A stretch of DNA of 64,000 nt, from contig NW_027266343.1 of the NCBI RefSeq assembly GCF_022045235.1, positions 56,358,001 to 56,422,000 on the forward strand, given 5' to 3'. The first letter of the stretch is position 1, and every line of letters starts with the position of its first letter. Positions 35,101-47,938 of the stretch are shown piece by piece. The notes beneath the pieces are model-generated. The model saw only the letters and a program-made list of their open reading frames with translations, was not told the origin of the DNA and searched no databases. This DNA is from Haliotis cracherodii. Its lineage: Eukaryota. The position numbers and the translations under genes were made by a program.

Positions 35101-35312
35101 TCTAGTTCAGCTGTGTAAATCAGTGAAAGGGAGTTGGCTATTTGATGGTTGCTGAACGAGATATCGCATCATCGATATAACTGAAGCTTAAGTTAAACTT
35201 CTTGACCAAATTACCTTGTTTTGACTCGTCATAATCAGTTTGGCTTAAATTGTTAACTATTGCCAACGACTAAAGGGGTGATGTAAATGCTCCCGGGGTA
35301 CCATGCACGTGG

Positions 35313-35404
35313 CAGAGATACTGTAAGTCCCCGTGGCCCAAGTGGGTTTGCCTTACTTCAGAGATACTGTAAGTCCCCGTGGCCCAAGTGGGTTTGCCTT
35401 ACTT
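35313..35404. repeat. Perfect tandem duplication, 46-bp unit x2
   Basis: cagagatactgtaagtccccgtggcccaagtgggtttgccttactt occurs twice. Confidence 0.97.
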
Positions 35405-35699
35405 CAGATGCTAGTAATCTTTAGCCCGTTTTTATATTGTATTGTTAGGTATAGACACATCTTTTACATTTACATATTATTGATAATTAGTTGCTGTCCT
35501 CTGTCGACATATTTTATATATTCTAAATGTAGTTGTTATTATTGTATCATCACTGCATGGATGTAATATTGAAGATGCCATCACTCAAATGTGGCCCCGA
35601 CCATGATCAGAATTCCCCGTGCTGCTGTGATTCACAAGGGTGTTAACCTTCTACATCCTTTCTCACTTTGGGTATTCCCCACAGAATAACAAATACCCC

Positions 35700-35843
35700 T
35701 ACATAACTAAAAAATGGTTAAACCAAACAATCATATCGTAGCTATAGCCCGGGTATTTTGTCCATTGGAGATACATAACTAAAAATAGTTAAACCAAACA
35801 ATCATATCGTAACTATAGCCCGAGTATTTTGTCCATTGAAGAA
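35700..35843. repeat. Tandem duplication, ~73-bp unit x2
   Basis: tacataactaaaaa...ttttgtccattg repeated with few mismatches. Confidence 0.93.
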
Positions 35844-35979
35844 ACGTAAGAATGATGTCCTGCATATATTAAATCTGCTCATGTACATGTCCGCTATACG
35901 CGGAGGCGATTGTTCATGTTTGCTGCCATTCTTCTGTCTGGCTGCTACATGAAAATAGACACTATTAAACACTAAGAGT

Positions 35980-36098
35980 GAGTGAGTGAGTATGGTTTTA
36001 CGCCGCTTTTAGCAATATTCCAGCAATATCACGGCGGGGGACACCAGGAATGGGCTTCACACATTGTACCCATGTCGGGAATCGAACCCGGGTGTTCG
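35980..36098 (-). mobile_element. SINE family C, 5'-truncated
   Basis: 15-bp TSD ttaaacactaagagt at 35965-35979 and 36099-36113; B box present. Confidence 0.92.
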
Positions 36099-39000
36099 TT
36101 AAACACTAAGAGTTAATTAGAAATCATTATACAGTAATTACCAAATGGACATGGGTGTATACTTTCTTTTGCCCAGCAGTTTATTTGCTGCTATTAATGT
36201 TGAAATATTTATCTTTGTTATTTTTTATCTTTTTTCAATATAATACAACATCTGGTCATCTGAACGCCTAACTGTTTTCCAATCAAAGTAAAGACCAGTT
36301 TTTATACTTGGTGTTATACGTTTTATGACATGGGAAGATTACGAGATACCAAGTTTGTATCTGACATATGTCACTTGACAGTTTCAAATATCTTTTTCTT
36401 TTTTTTTTGCATGTATGTGATGAATGTACACACAGTTTGATATAGGTTTGTTACGTGTCTAAAATTTATAAAACGGTAAATATCGTGTGAAAACGTATAA
36501 TAATTATATCTTAATAACTGCAAGCAGACCAATTTATGTTTCTCTGGAATTTAGTGTTTGCTAACAGTAGTGGGACCTTTGACCCTTCAAAGTGACTTGA
36601 TTTCAAATGGCTGTCGTCACAATGGATTGACACATAACCAAAACCAAAGCCTATATTTATCATTAGTACGACCTTAGAAATATTTCCTTTTAACCGATGG
36701 GGCGACCTTGGCCAGTCTTAGAAATGACGTCTCCAGTGATGAAATGTGTTTCCTATCCTCCTCTCCCTCACATCTTATAAAGGGTTTAGCCTGGAGCCCT
36801 GGCGCTGACCTGATCACTGTTGACCGTTTTGATTGCTTATCGAACGTGACTCGACTTACACTAACTTGATAGAAACCCACAGGAGAATGTTGTTTGACGT
36901 CACGGCAACCACTATGACCTGTGTCACGGTGGCTTGTAAATAATTGTATTGACCAAGTAAACGTTGGAGTTTTGAAAGCATGAATCACGGTCCACGCAAT
37001 TTGGGCTCATCATGTTGACACCAATCCACTGAATCACCGCATCTGAACCCCCGACCCACAACTGAGTCGGCTCTTTCGACAAATACGGATCTTAGAAACT
37101 CATACTTACCATGCATCCTCAAAGGCTCTTATCTTAAAGGCGGATCATCTAATTTTGAAACGCGCTATGTTGCCCCAAACATGCTTTCATAAATAAAAGC
37201 AAGAAAGAAAACTAAAATACAAACCAGAATGGTTTCTACGGAATGTATAATGGTTCCGGATGTTTTAATAATTGAGAGGAAAATGATAATATAACTCGGA
37301 TTAACTTTTAGTGTATTTGACATATAACGCGCATGAGTGGCGATCGATCATGTTATATTTCTGTACTTCTATATGACAAATTCATTCCTCATTTCCTTGA
37401 CCAATAGGGAAATATGTGTCGATACCGTAAAGCTTTCCTAATGCACTGAAATATTGATAGCCCTTTGTCACGCACCTGGAGGAGATTGCGAGTGAAGAGG
37501 CTGACTCAAAAAGGCTTACGTGTCCTATACAGAACGATTAAGAGCTCTTCAGAGAGCTAGGAGGAGATTAACGTTGACAGGGGGAAGAAATCAGATATAC
37601 TGCTGGACTGGTGCCCTTATTTCTGTGCGACAAGTACACAAACGATCAGATTAACATAAGAACCTGAGACTCATTTCAGACAGCGATCGGAGTACCGGAA
37701 GTCTAAGTCTCAGCATAGGAGTCGTCGCATTACGGTCGCAGAACATTTCAAGCAGATCTAATCATGTTAAAGTAATGATTATTCCAGTACATAACGAATT
37801 AAATTTATATAGTCTCTGCAGTTAAAACTTTAAACCTAAGATACATATATCGGAAAAAAACGTGTTAATTGTTGATGCGAATCCAGCCGCTGGTACTCAG
37901 TCTTCTCAATGGGGCTGGTTCGGGGTACGTATACTATAACTTTGTATGTCGATTTGAAGATGAATATCCTTGAACACACTGACAACCAAAACACGATCTG
38001 GAGATAAACATACAGCTTTTTCTATGTAGAGAAATGTTAACATCAGATTTTACCGCGCGAAATTGTAATTTCGAGTGTTAAATTAAGCTAACTTTGTTTG
38101 TCCTCATGGTACCACAAGAAAGGTAAACGCGAACTCATTAGGGTTTGCGAAGGTATTCCAAGTCTCCAACTCTGCCCACCCGAACCTAATGTAATCGGAT
38201 ACTTTACATAAGGTATGGGGACATATTCTCACCAGGGACAGTCACAATATGATAGAAAATAATTTGCGACTGTTTACATATCTTTACTCTCCCTACTTAC
38301 AACATAATGTTAATATTCTTTGACTGAACCATTGACGATGTGCCTATCGATTTCACAATGTTGTTAACAAATTCTAGTACCGGAACAGTCAGACACCCAC
38401 CGAAAGGAACCATTACTTGTTGTGTATGACGGATGTAAGGTAGAAATGCTACTTCCACTTGAGAATTAATTGCAACACGGGGCATATCTTAATCAATGAT
38501 GTTGCCTCATCTGTATAACAACCTCTGGTGTTGTCCAGATCGGGTAACGGTAACAGTTTGGTGTCCCCAGTGCCCCAGTGGCTACTGTGCCTGAGCTTTC
38601 ATCTTGACCACCAAATGTAAAGGGGCGAACCTCTTCCATTAATACAAGAAATCAGTGTACGACAAATTTTATATTAATGCATAAAACAAAACAAACTATG
38701 ATCTAATGGTATTAGATAAAGCCGTAAACAATTACAATAAAATCTATATTAATAAGGAATATTCAAATTGGCAGCACGTTTTTAAGATGTCTTGGCAGGT
38801 TTTGGCAGTTAAAAAGGACAGTTCTGGGTATGACAGTATAATACAACCCATTTCTTCTTTGTTTATTTTGTTTAACGTTCTTGAAATTGAGCACAGGATT
38901 AAAACGTTCAACATTATATAAAGGACATTGCAGGAAAGCGTGACATTCATCTTCGATAAAATCTTTACAATCGAAATAAATTCTTTCAGATAAAGGGCAT

Positions 39001-39603
39001 CCTTCATATCTTCTAGTCTTACGGGAGCTATGCCACATCTAAAAAGAGTGCCCTTCTATCTGGACTAGACATGTTACAATTTACATACAATTCACAACCA
39101 AATTCATATTTAAAAGTAAAATAGGTTCTTAGTTTGTTACCACCTCTTCCAATTTGCTTGCGACACTTCATGTTTCCATTTATGTACAAAATCATTGAAA
39201 ATAACCTAAGTAATTTGTGATACAACATACGGGATATGCTAATCAACGTTTATGTTTTTAAATGAGCTGAATTAATATCACAACGTTTGACATGAACTCT
39301 ATAATTCCAGTTACGTTTTTTATTCATTGTTAAAACATTACTCCGAATACATATATGGGCAGTTGCTCTGTTCCAATCTAATTTACATAAGCGTCTATTA
39401 AATATCGACACACTTCTCCATTGATTAACACCGATAGGCGACAAACCCATATCACCGATAACACCATTATTCGGTGCCCACTTGCGTAAGCCTAAAAAGA
39501 AACGCACGGCACGATAATGCACAGCATTAATGTAAGAAAAATAATAAGTGACCCACATGGCAACACAATATAAAAACAGTAGCACATACCATAGAATGAT
39601 ACC

Positions 39604-39901
39604 ACCGTATTCGACGTAATAAGTTGAAAAATTGTAAATTTCGTAGTTTATGCTGACAGCCTTAAATGATACAAAAGAAAAGTATGTGCATATCATACAT
39701 GAGAGATATATTTTCCCGAATTTAATTGCCCATAATTAAGGGGGCATAACCCACGAGTGTGTATTATGCAAGAATAAATAAGTCTTGTGTACATTGATCA
39801 ATCAGAAGGGGTGCTAATTGGGATTTTTCACTTGCCAATATATTAGCAAATATCGCCGTGGGCGCTTATTAGAGCGGGGCGCTTATTACGTAAAATACGG
39901 T
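39604..39901. mobile_element. MITE with ccgta-type termini (Tc1/mariner-pogo-like) inside LINE ORF2
   Basis: accgtattcgacgtaataag (39604-39623) versus the reverse complement of 39882-39901, 18/20 match. Confidence 0.7.
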
Positions 39902-41205
39902 TAGATATTGCATACCACTCAGTACTTTATATTTTGTTGTAAGTAGGCCTAGCGCTCATGCCACAGGTTTTCCATACGGCCATTATGTAAGTGTGCTGTT
40001 AGAAGAAAGACTAAATAATTTATAGGAATCAACAATTTCCAAAGCATAATCTCTGTAAATACAACAATGGTTCCAGCAACCGAAGCGGCCTTAAAGTGTA
40101 CAACTTTAGATTTGGCATTGTTTACAATCATTTTGTTTGATACACACCAGTTATGCAGAGAATCGAGGATAACATTGAGCTCACATTCGCTTTCAGCGAT
40201 TAATACAATACCATCTGCATATGCTAAAATACAAACCTTACACCCATCTATATTTACACCCATGGCAAATTGTTATTTGTTATAATAGGATAATAGTGAT
40301 ATACAAATTAATACGTAAGGTTGATAACAGACAGCCTGTTTCAAACTACACTTTCAAACGATGGAGTATATAAACCATTTTCCCGTACAGAGCTCCTGAC
40401 ATTTTTATAAAGTGACCTAACAGCTTTAAACATATTTCCACTGATACCAATGTCCTTTAACTTCATAACAAACATCTGTCCATGCAGTCTTTTAAAAAAT
40501 CTTTAAAGGCTGTAAATGTAGATTTGCGTTGAGACTTGCGACCTTCAATAATTTAAGTCAAACTATATATATGTTCAGTAGTTCAACGTCCTTTCCTGAA
40601 ACCGTTTTAGTAGTCGTTGATATGTTCGTTTTCTTCTGCATAGTAAGTCTGTTGTTCAGGATACCACAGCAGAGCTTGTATGAAGCATTGGCCCGAGTGA
40701 TTCCCGGTAAGACAAGGGGTCGCTGGTGTAATCCGGATTTAAGGATAGGAGTAATTATTCCCTAAGTCAAGCTGGAGGGTACGCAACTAGTCTCAAAATA
40801 CGTAGAAATGTCGTTTTTTAAAACATCTACAGGTTCATTATCAAAACCCGGGGATTATCCCAATTTTGCTTGACTCACAGCATATCTCACTTCCTTCAGA
40901 GTCATTTTGGTATTAAGTTCACTGTCCCCCCCCTCCCCGTGTTAACAATGTGGGACAGACTGGTCTTAGCTAGCTCCAGAAGTTAGAAGATCACTATAAG
41001 CTGTTCGCCAGGTTTGCAAAACCTCCGTGACGCCACGACTCACACTGCCGTCAGCACTTTTAACTACCATAGGAATGGCTTTCATCCTGTCGTAGCTAAC
41101 ACCAACTCGTCTTTTTTTCTTAAAAAAACCAGGATTGTTTGAATCGCACATATCTTCCGGGTGCTGCAGTGTGTATGCCGTGTGTGGTCACGTTTTGCCC
41201 TCTGT

Positions 41206-41894
41206 GAAGGCTATCAAACAATTTTCATTTTGATACAGACACATTTTTCAACCCGTTTCTCATCTTCCCGAGGCGAGGGAGTTAACTGACTATAAGTCCA
41301 GTTTCGACCCTTGCCGAACTAGGCTGGTATTATGGAGTTACATTTTGGCTGGACTTACGAGTCTATGCATAGTCCAATCAAAATCGCGCACCGAAATAAA
41401 AATCCGGTTTGTAAACTGTCATGCAGATTTCGGTCGATTGCAGCATTTCCAAAACATGTGCACCGCTAGCTCGCTGTCAACAGATATTTTCCAGATCTTT
41501 TCATGTTTTGAATCAAGTAGCTCACGTGATTTGATGCACTTCGCAATGTACATGTTAGACCCGTTTTATCGCAATATAGATCTTGATATTCGATCAGATC
41601 GTCTTGACTGGCCTCCGCCATTTTGTTTGAAACAAATGCAAGTGATACGAGAGGTGGATTGTGATTGGTCCATAGGAGAGGCTTAGAAGGGACATAACTC
41701 GTAATAACCACTCGTGGCGCTACGATCGAGCCCAGGAATTCAAGCCTAGTCCGGCAAGGGTGGAAACTGGACTTTTAAAGTCAGTTAAGACTCTTGCTTC
41801 CGGAAGATGCTCTTAGGTTGAGTTAGAAAAATTGTCTATTGCCACACTTAAAATTTCTAAACATGACTCTGGTGACAATGTTATTCGGCACCTT
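41206..41894. mobile_element. Non-autonomous DNA transposon with long imperfect TIRs (Kolobok-like, tentative)
   Basis: agtccagtttcgacccttgccgaactaggct versus its inverted copy at ~41742-41772 (29/31), plus ttaactgact and catcttcc inverted blocks; ends aagg...cctt. Confidence 0.72.
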
Positions 41895-42451
41895 AGAAGT
41901 GTCACATTTAGTTATGTGCCGGGCGTGCCCTCTGTTGGAGAATACTCGGTCCTGATTGGTTGAGGGCGACCTGTCGTAGTCACAGGATCCTTGCTGGTAA
42001 ACACATCCGCGTGGGTTACCTTCAGCTCGGTGATGACGACACTTGTCGTTGCTGTCATCGTTGTTTCTGTATCACCCACCCTGATTAGTCTGCCCCCAGA
42101 CAGCTTTAGTCTGCCGTCTCTAATGTTGGCGATCAGTGTTTTCATGTTTGATTCGAACAGTATTTGTTGGAGTGGCTTGTCACGCGATATGAACACATTC
42201 TCATAGTTTCTGCTATTTTTTCTGTCCACGCTTCTTCGTAAGAATGAGATGTTTGTCTTCTTTCGAATACACTTGGCCACGATGATGCCAGCATATCTGG
42301 CATGTCTGAAGTTTTTTTTCTCTCTGCAACCTCAATAACAACGTCTCTCAACTTCAAACCTTCCCTGATCAAAGATTTTACTTTCTTTGTTACGCCCTCA
42401 CCTCTGGATTCTTGAATATTCTTTATCACAAGATTGAGTTCCTTGTCGTCA

Positions 42452-42692
42452 TTAACAGGTCTTCAGCAACCCATGCTTGCCGTAAAAGGCGATATGCTTG
42501 TAGTAAGAGGCGACTAAAGGGATCGGTGGTGAGGATCGCTGACTTGGTTGATGCACGTCATTTGTCCCAATTGCGTGGATCGATGCTCATGATGTCAATC
42601 ACTGGATTGTCTGGTCCAGACTCGATTATTTACAGACCGCCGTCATATAGCTAGAATATTGCTGAGTTGAACAACATACAAACAACAAACAA
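42452..42692 (+). mobile_element. Family A copy, 5'-truncated, inserted in LINE ORF1
   Basis: 15-bp TSD agttccttgtcgtca at 42437-42451 and 42693-42707. Confidence 0.92.
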
Positions 42693-44652
42693 AGTTCCTT
42701 GTCGTCAGGCGTAGTGTTTGCAACTCGGGCGTATCTAGAGGTGTTCCCCAAGTCAACAAGATCTTTCTCTACGTCGTGAATGATTGTCCCGTAACTGGCA
42801 CACTAGTCAAACCTCGACACAATTTCATCCAGCACATTCAGTACGTCGCTGTCAAGCATAGATCCAACGTTTTCTATCAATCGTGATTCAAAAATGTCAA
42901 ATCTCTGCTCAAAAGTTGTTTCTCTATAACACGTAAAACATCCGACACTGTCTTAGTGCACTTAAACGTGCATCTCCTCCTCGGGCTTGGGGTCGGTGAC
43001 GGGTCATTCGATATATTTTGTGATTCAACAATTTTCTCACCTTTTTCTAGTAAAGATTCAGATGTATTTCCATCCTCTGAGTTTTGTCGTTTCCTATCTT
43101 CTCATGATCGATGTTCGGTGCTCATGTTTGGGGCCGGCACGACACTTTGAACAAAGTTTCGTGATCAAATTTATACCATCTCAATCAAATTCAAGATCGG
43201 ATTAATCGTCGATCGGAACAGCTGAACTGGTAACAGTGATACTAGTTTATCTTATTTTGTGATCGATTATTCCTTCCCACCGTTAAACGTAAGAAAATTG
43301 CTAATTTGCTTCGAATCTCCAACCAACGACCCCCCCCACCCCACCCCCCGTTCAACAAACCCATCCGTCATCCCCCGAAAGCTTCCCCAGGACCCTGAAT
43401 GCTCCAACCCCGATGAAACAACATTTTTAGCAAGAGTCGGATTCCGCTCTTTGTAATCTTCCCAGACCTGAAAACGGTCCCTGTATTACCGGTTTTGAAA
43501 ATTAATTCGCTGGCCCCACATTCACGCAGAAATTGATTTGAGTTTCACGTCCCTCACAACCAATATGACATTTAAACATTTTCCTTTGGTTCATAAATCT
43601 TTCTTTCTTTGGAGCCTTAGGTCCTTCAGAGAAGATTCATTTCCCGTCTTGGCCTCCATCGCAATGGAACCGTCTTCCCTCAAATTAGATAAGCTCGATC
43701 TCATCATCATGCAAACAACACAATCCTTTACCGGATCAATTTCAACAGTGTGTATCAACAAACCCCGACAGGTTGAGTGTGCGGTCACTTATTCGCCTGA
43801 CTTTCACTCAATTTTCTTCAGCAATATAGTCGTAATACTGATGGCAGCGTACAGCTCAGTTTAATTACTCACACGATATTCTTTGGGACAAAAACAGATT
43901 ACGATCACTATGGTATCTTAAAATATAAAACGTTTTCAAAGATACAGGTAGTTGGATCTCTGTCCAATTGAAAGGTTGGTCGATGTACATGCTATTACCC
44001 TTGATGATCTAGAAAATCCCCATGGTAAGAGATGATAGTTCATCAGTGTTAGTATTGACATACATAAACCATATACGGATAAAACATTCATCTTACACCA
44101 CTATTTTCATCACTTTTTATATAAGTGTACCAATATGTCTCGATAAGCTCAGTTTTTATAAAATGTATACAAACAGCCACATTTATATATTTCCCTCAAT
44201 TTGTAATATTTCGTGGCAGAAGAGATTGTTGTTAGTTTGTTTGTAACGATTGTCAGTGGCAGAAAATGATGGAAGCGCCGGTAAATGTGCATTTTTGTCG
44301 ATGGAATTTAAATTAACCAGCCCTGGTTGTTGACAAGCATGGCATCCTTCATCGTTCAAGACGTTTCGGGTTTGGAAAGTTTCTGGATGGCTGCCTGAAC
44401 CATTATAAGAGTGACACGAGTGGAATCGACGCCTTTTTGCGAAATGACGTGTATCGTATCGTGCGGATTGAATACCTATCTGAAAACAAATTGCTGCCTG
44501 TTCCCTTACACTATGCCGGAGTTCAAAACGGAGACAAGCCAAATTATAGGTCCTCCACTTATTGGTGCTGCTACGTATTTAACCTTGTTTTGGTTGTAAA
44601 TCCTAAAAATATGTGTTCAAATAAAACTTATTGATTGTTCATTGATCTTGTG

Positions 44653-44847
44653 GGGGCACAGGTGGCCCAGTCGTTTAAGGTGGCGCGATTCGATGTGCAG
44701 AGTTGCGCATACCCGTGCTCGTGGGTTTCACCGAAGTGGTAAACGTCTGAGACCTGCATCACTCCGGGCTTTCCTCCCACATTAAGCTGACACGCCGCGA
44801 TATAACTGGAATACTGTTAAAAGCGGCGTTAAACCCAACTCACTCAC
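44653..44847 (+). mobile_element. SINE family B with an internal deletion removing the B box
   Basis: 14-bp TSD tcattgatcttgtg at 44639-44652 and 44848-44861. Confidence 0.92.
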
Positions 44848-45779
44848 TCATTGATCTTGTGTGGTCTTGTGAGAGAGAGAGAGAGAGTCTTTATTTCCAC
44901 CAGATGTCATTCCGAAGATTACAATGAAAATATCTTCAATTACACGCAGTTAAAAAAGGCATAACATATTTACATTTACACACAGTTTATCAAATTCAGA
45001 TACCTAAATGATGACAGATTTTCACTAGAAGATATATATATATCAAAAGATGCCTTAGCTTGTACAGATACGAGGCGAATTGTAGTATAATAGTTTCCCA
45101 GGTGTGTTGATCCAGATTGTGAGTAAATTTTGTTTCAGCCCCAAATAAGACTGATAGCATATCTATTTCGTCTTGCATTTCAAAATCAACATAGTCAATG
45201 TACGTCAATGAGAGAAGAGAAAAACGCATTCTTTCTGATATCAGCGCATCACAATGTAAAATAATGTGGCTTTCATAGTCGTTTGTGGTATGTGGTTGAT
45301 GCATTTCCGATACACGATATGGTCATTTAAAATAGCAGCAGACGTCATTGTGTGTAATGACAGTTGTAACCGTTGTGCCCAGGCGGGGATGCTACTCGCA
45401 GCAGTAATACATCACTTGTACCTAGTACCACCAATCTAGAACATCAGTGTCCAATCTGGTAAATTAAAATCTTTAGCCGTACCGACGAGAACGGTTCTTG
45501 TTTTGGATATTGTGAAGTCATTTGATGCCGCTTGATTTGATTCAGCTCTCACCAAAATACATTAAAAGAAGGTTGACGCACAATGTACTTCTCGTGTTAC
45601 AGAACATGGTCTGCAGTGTAACAAGATAAAGTCTAAAATGGTTGGAATACTTTATGAACTATTTTTGTCTTCAGTATGATAGAACATTCAAAGTATCAGT
45701 CAAGATTTCAAACGGTTTTACGGTATGAGCCACGTGAAGGAAATTGACCAAAGAATTACTCGACAAAATTCAACATTTA

Positions 45780-45930
45780 TAATTGTACCAAATGTTTCCG
45801 TGATTTGTCTCGTGAACAATTGACTTGCCTTTGCCTTTTTACGTGAATGCCACAAATGTAGCAGGATACGCTCATATTTTCGCGAATATCTGGTACCATC
45901 ACTATTTCATAGAGAATTATTAACACATTA
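45780..45930 (+). repeat. Family E copy
   Basis: gtgaacaattgacttgcctttgc...gcaggatacgctca...ttttcgcgaa. Confidence 0.7.
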
Positions 45931-47735
45931 AGGCCTATGATATAGAAGGAATCCTACAATGGTTCTTATTCTATCACATAAGTAGTCGCTCTACTTTACC
46001 CCTTGAAGTAAGTATAGTGATGTCAAATACCGAGAACATTTAACAACTGAAGACAATTTGTTGATAGTCGGTGTAAACAATAATGCAAATTGATTACTTC
46101 ACTTTTGAGTTCATAATACCAGTTTAAGAGAGATCAAAATCAAAGCACTCATTCTTAAAAAAAACATCAGAACAACGGTAATCCAGAAACTATTTACACA
46201 ATTTCAACATAAACCATTTTTTAGGCAATATGTATTGGTCGGTCGTCATGTACAAACGCCGACTGACTGTTTCAAACCGATGTTATTGGTGATTATGTCA
46301 CAATAAAATTTAACATATCCAGAGCACTCATAAACTTAAAACTGTTCCATTCTTGACTTCCGAACCTTTCCAACCTTCAACCGTTTTCATTTCCAAAACA
46401 TCGAGACCGTATACCTTTGTCTCAAGACATCAGATAAATATTAGACGCAGTGTGAAAACACCTGTACAATAAATGTTTGTCGTTATGTGTGTGCAATATT
46501 ACCCAAGTCTGGCATGTAACATGTTGGTGCAGATGCCCTAAGTCTGTCGCGCTGTCAATCTGTATTTCAGAAGTCTGTACAATGAAGGAAACGTAACAGA
46601 TAACAATAATCTTCCTGTGTCAATTGAACTTCCTATGTGTAAAGGATAAAACACGCCTCCGAGGTTTGGGTTGAAAATGCAAACCCGCGAGCGAGGGAAA
46701 AACCCGCGGGCAATTGGCCCGGGAGATTTTCCCGAGTCAAGGGATACCACAAGGGATACCAAACAAATAAGAAAACATATACATACCCGATAGTGAAACA
46801 ACACAATGTGTCGCGGTAAAAAGGGAATTCGATCAAAGTGTGACAGAAAACCACATGCAGCATCGATCAGCTGGATTCATGACAAGTAAAATTGAAATCG
46901 TTTCATCACCTGCCCGGGCAGCTCAGTGGGAAAACAAAAGTTACAAAACTTCGTCATGGACCACGTCATGGAATTTTCACGTATAAAAGAATTGTGACTT
47001 TTAACCATTTACCAAAACAGTTTGCAAGTTTTGAAACGTATATTGTAAAACCAAGGTATTAAAATTGAAATGTAAAATCTTAATTGTGAAGCAAGCAGGT
47101 TTAGAAGTGACCCATTGCCAAACCTAGGTTTGGAAGAGAACCGCTTCAAAAACTAGGTTTGGAAGATGAGCTGATGACTAGGTTTACCTGAAGTTGTCAG
47201 GAACCTGATGCAATATAGGGTAATACGGTGATAGGCTTATAATGGACGAGTAAGTAGGGTGAGAACGAAATATAATACGTCAATGCCAGAGATAAATCAG
47301 TCTCAATTATCTGTCGAAACAAATGTGGTACATGTACAAGCTGAGCCTGGCTATTTACAGGCCACGGTGAAAACAGGAATTCCTTTCGTCTTTGTGATCA
47401 AAGAGGATTGGTTTTTAGGTTATCACCATGCGATATTTGAGTACACAACCATTACGAAAAACCTTTACATGTGTTATAGCTTTTGATATAGTCGAAATCG
47501 TACAAGTGACTCTGTTTTTGGCAGAGATGTGTTGTGAATATGGAAAGGGCTTTGTCGCTTTAACGATGTGGATTTGATACGCCATGTAACAATGCTTATT
47601 CGAATCTGACATTCAATTAGGTGTTATGACAGTTTTATTATGATCATATTTCCTTTGACTTAGTGCTATTGGCATATAGATAAGGATATTTCATAAAGTA
47701 GGGAACCCAAACCTGCAGTTAACTCATAGTACATA

Positions 47736-47938
47736 AGTAAGGATAAGAATTTATGGATGAACAACTTCTTTATTACAATTAAGAGCGACGTTTCGGTGTA
47801 GGTTCTAATGGAGACTTGCTTGATAACGGTGTTAGAACCTACACCGAAACGTCGCTCTTAATTGTAATAAAGAAGTTGTTCATCCATAAATTCTTATCCT
47901 TACTTAGTACTCCAACTTCTAAATGCCTATCAAAGAAG
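47736..47938 (+). mobile_element. Miniature Penelope insertion: inverted partial pLTR plus forward pLTR
   Basis: 12-bp TSD tcatagtacata at 47724-47735 and 47939-47950; perfect 75-bp inverted arms at 47734-47808 and 47832-47906; homologous to 4312-4436. Confidence 0.9.
47818..47855 (+). ncRNA. Minimal hammerhead-like motif (second copy)
   Basis: TTGATAA, C, GGTGT/ACACC stem, GAAA, CGTC. Confidence 0.7.

Larger units (their letters stand above)
38700..43800 (-). mobile_element. Degraded LINE of the L2/CR1 group (ORF1 and ORF2 remnants) with nested insertions
   Basis: ORF2: GIITPILK, ILAYADGIVLIAE (YADD site), KSKVVHF, RFFLGL, KLRTY..FK, IEDECHAFLQCPLY. ORF1-like: IKNIQES...VKSLIREGLKL, YENVFISRD, LKLSGGRL. 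The 5' boundary is uncertain. Confidence 0.85.

Noticed and set aside
38297-38640. Possible host exon on the minus strand
   Set aside because: No recognisable domain, stops in all frames and no supportable splice structure.
47117-47190. 16-bp palindrome ccaaacctaggtttgg with repeated ctaggttt
   Set aside because: Too short and without defined ends; probably MITE debris.
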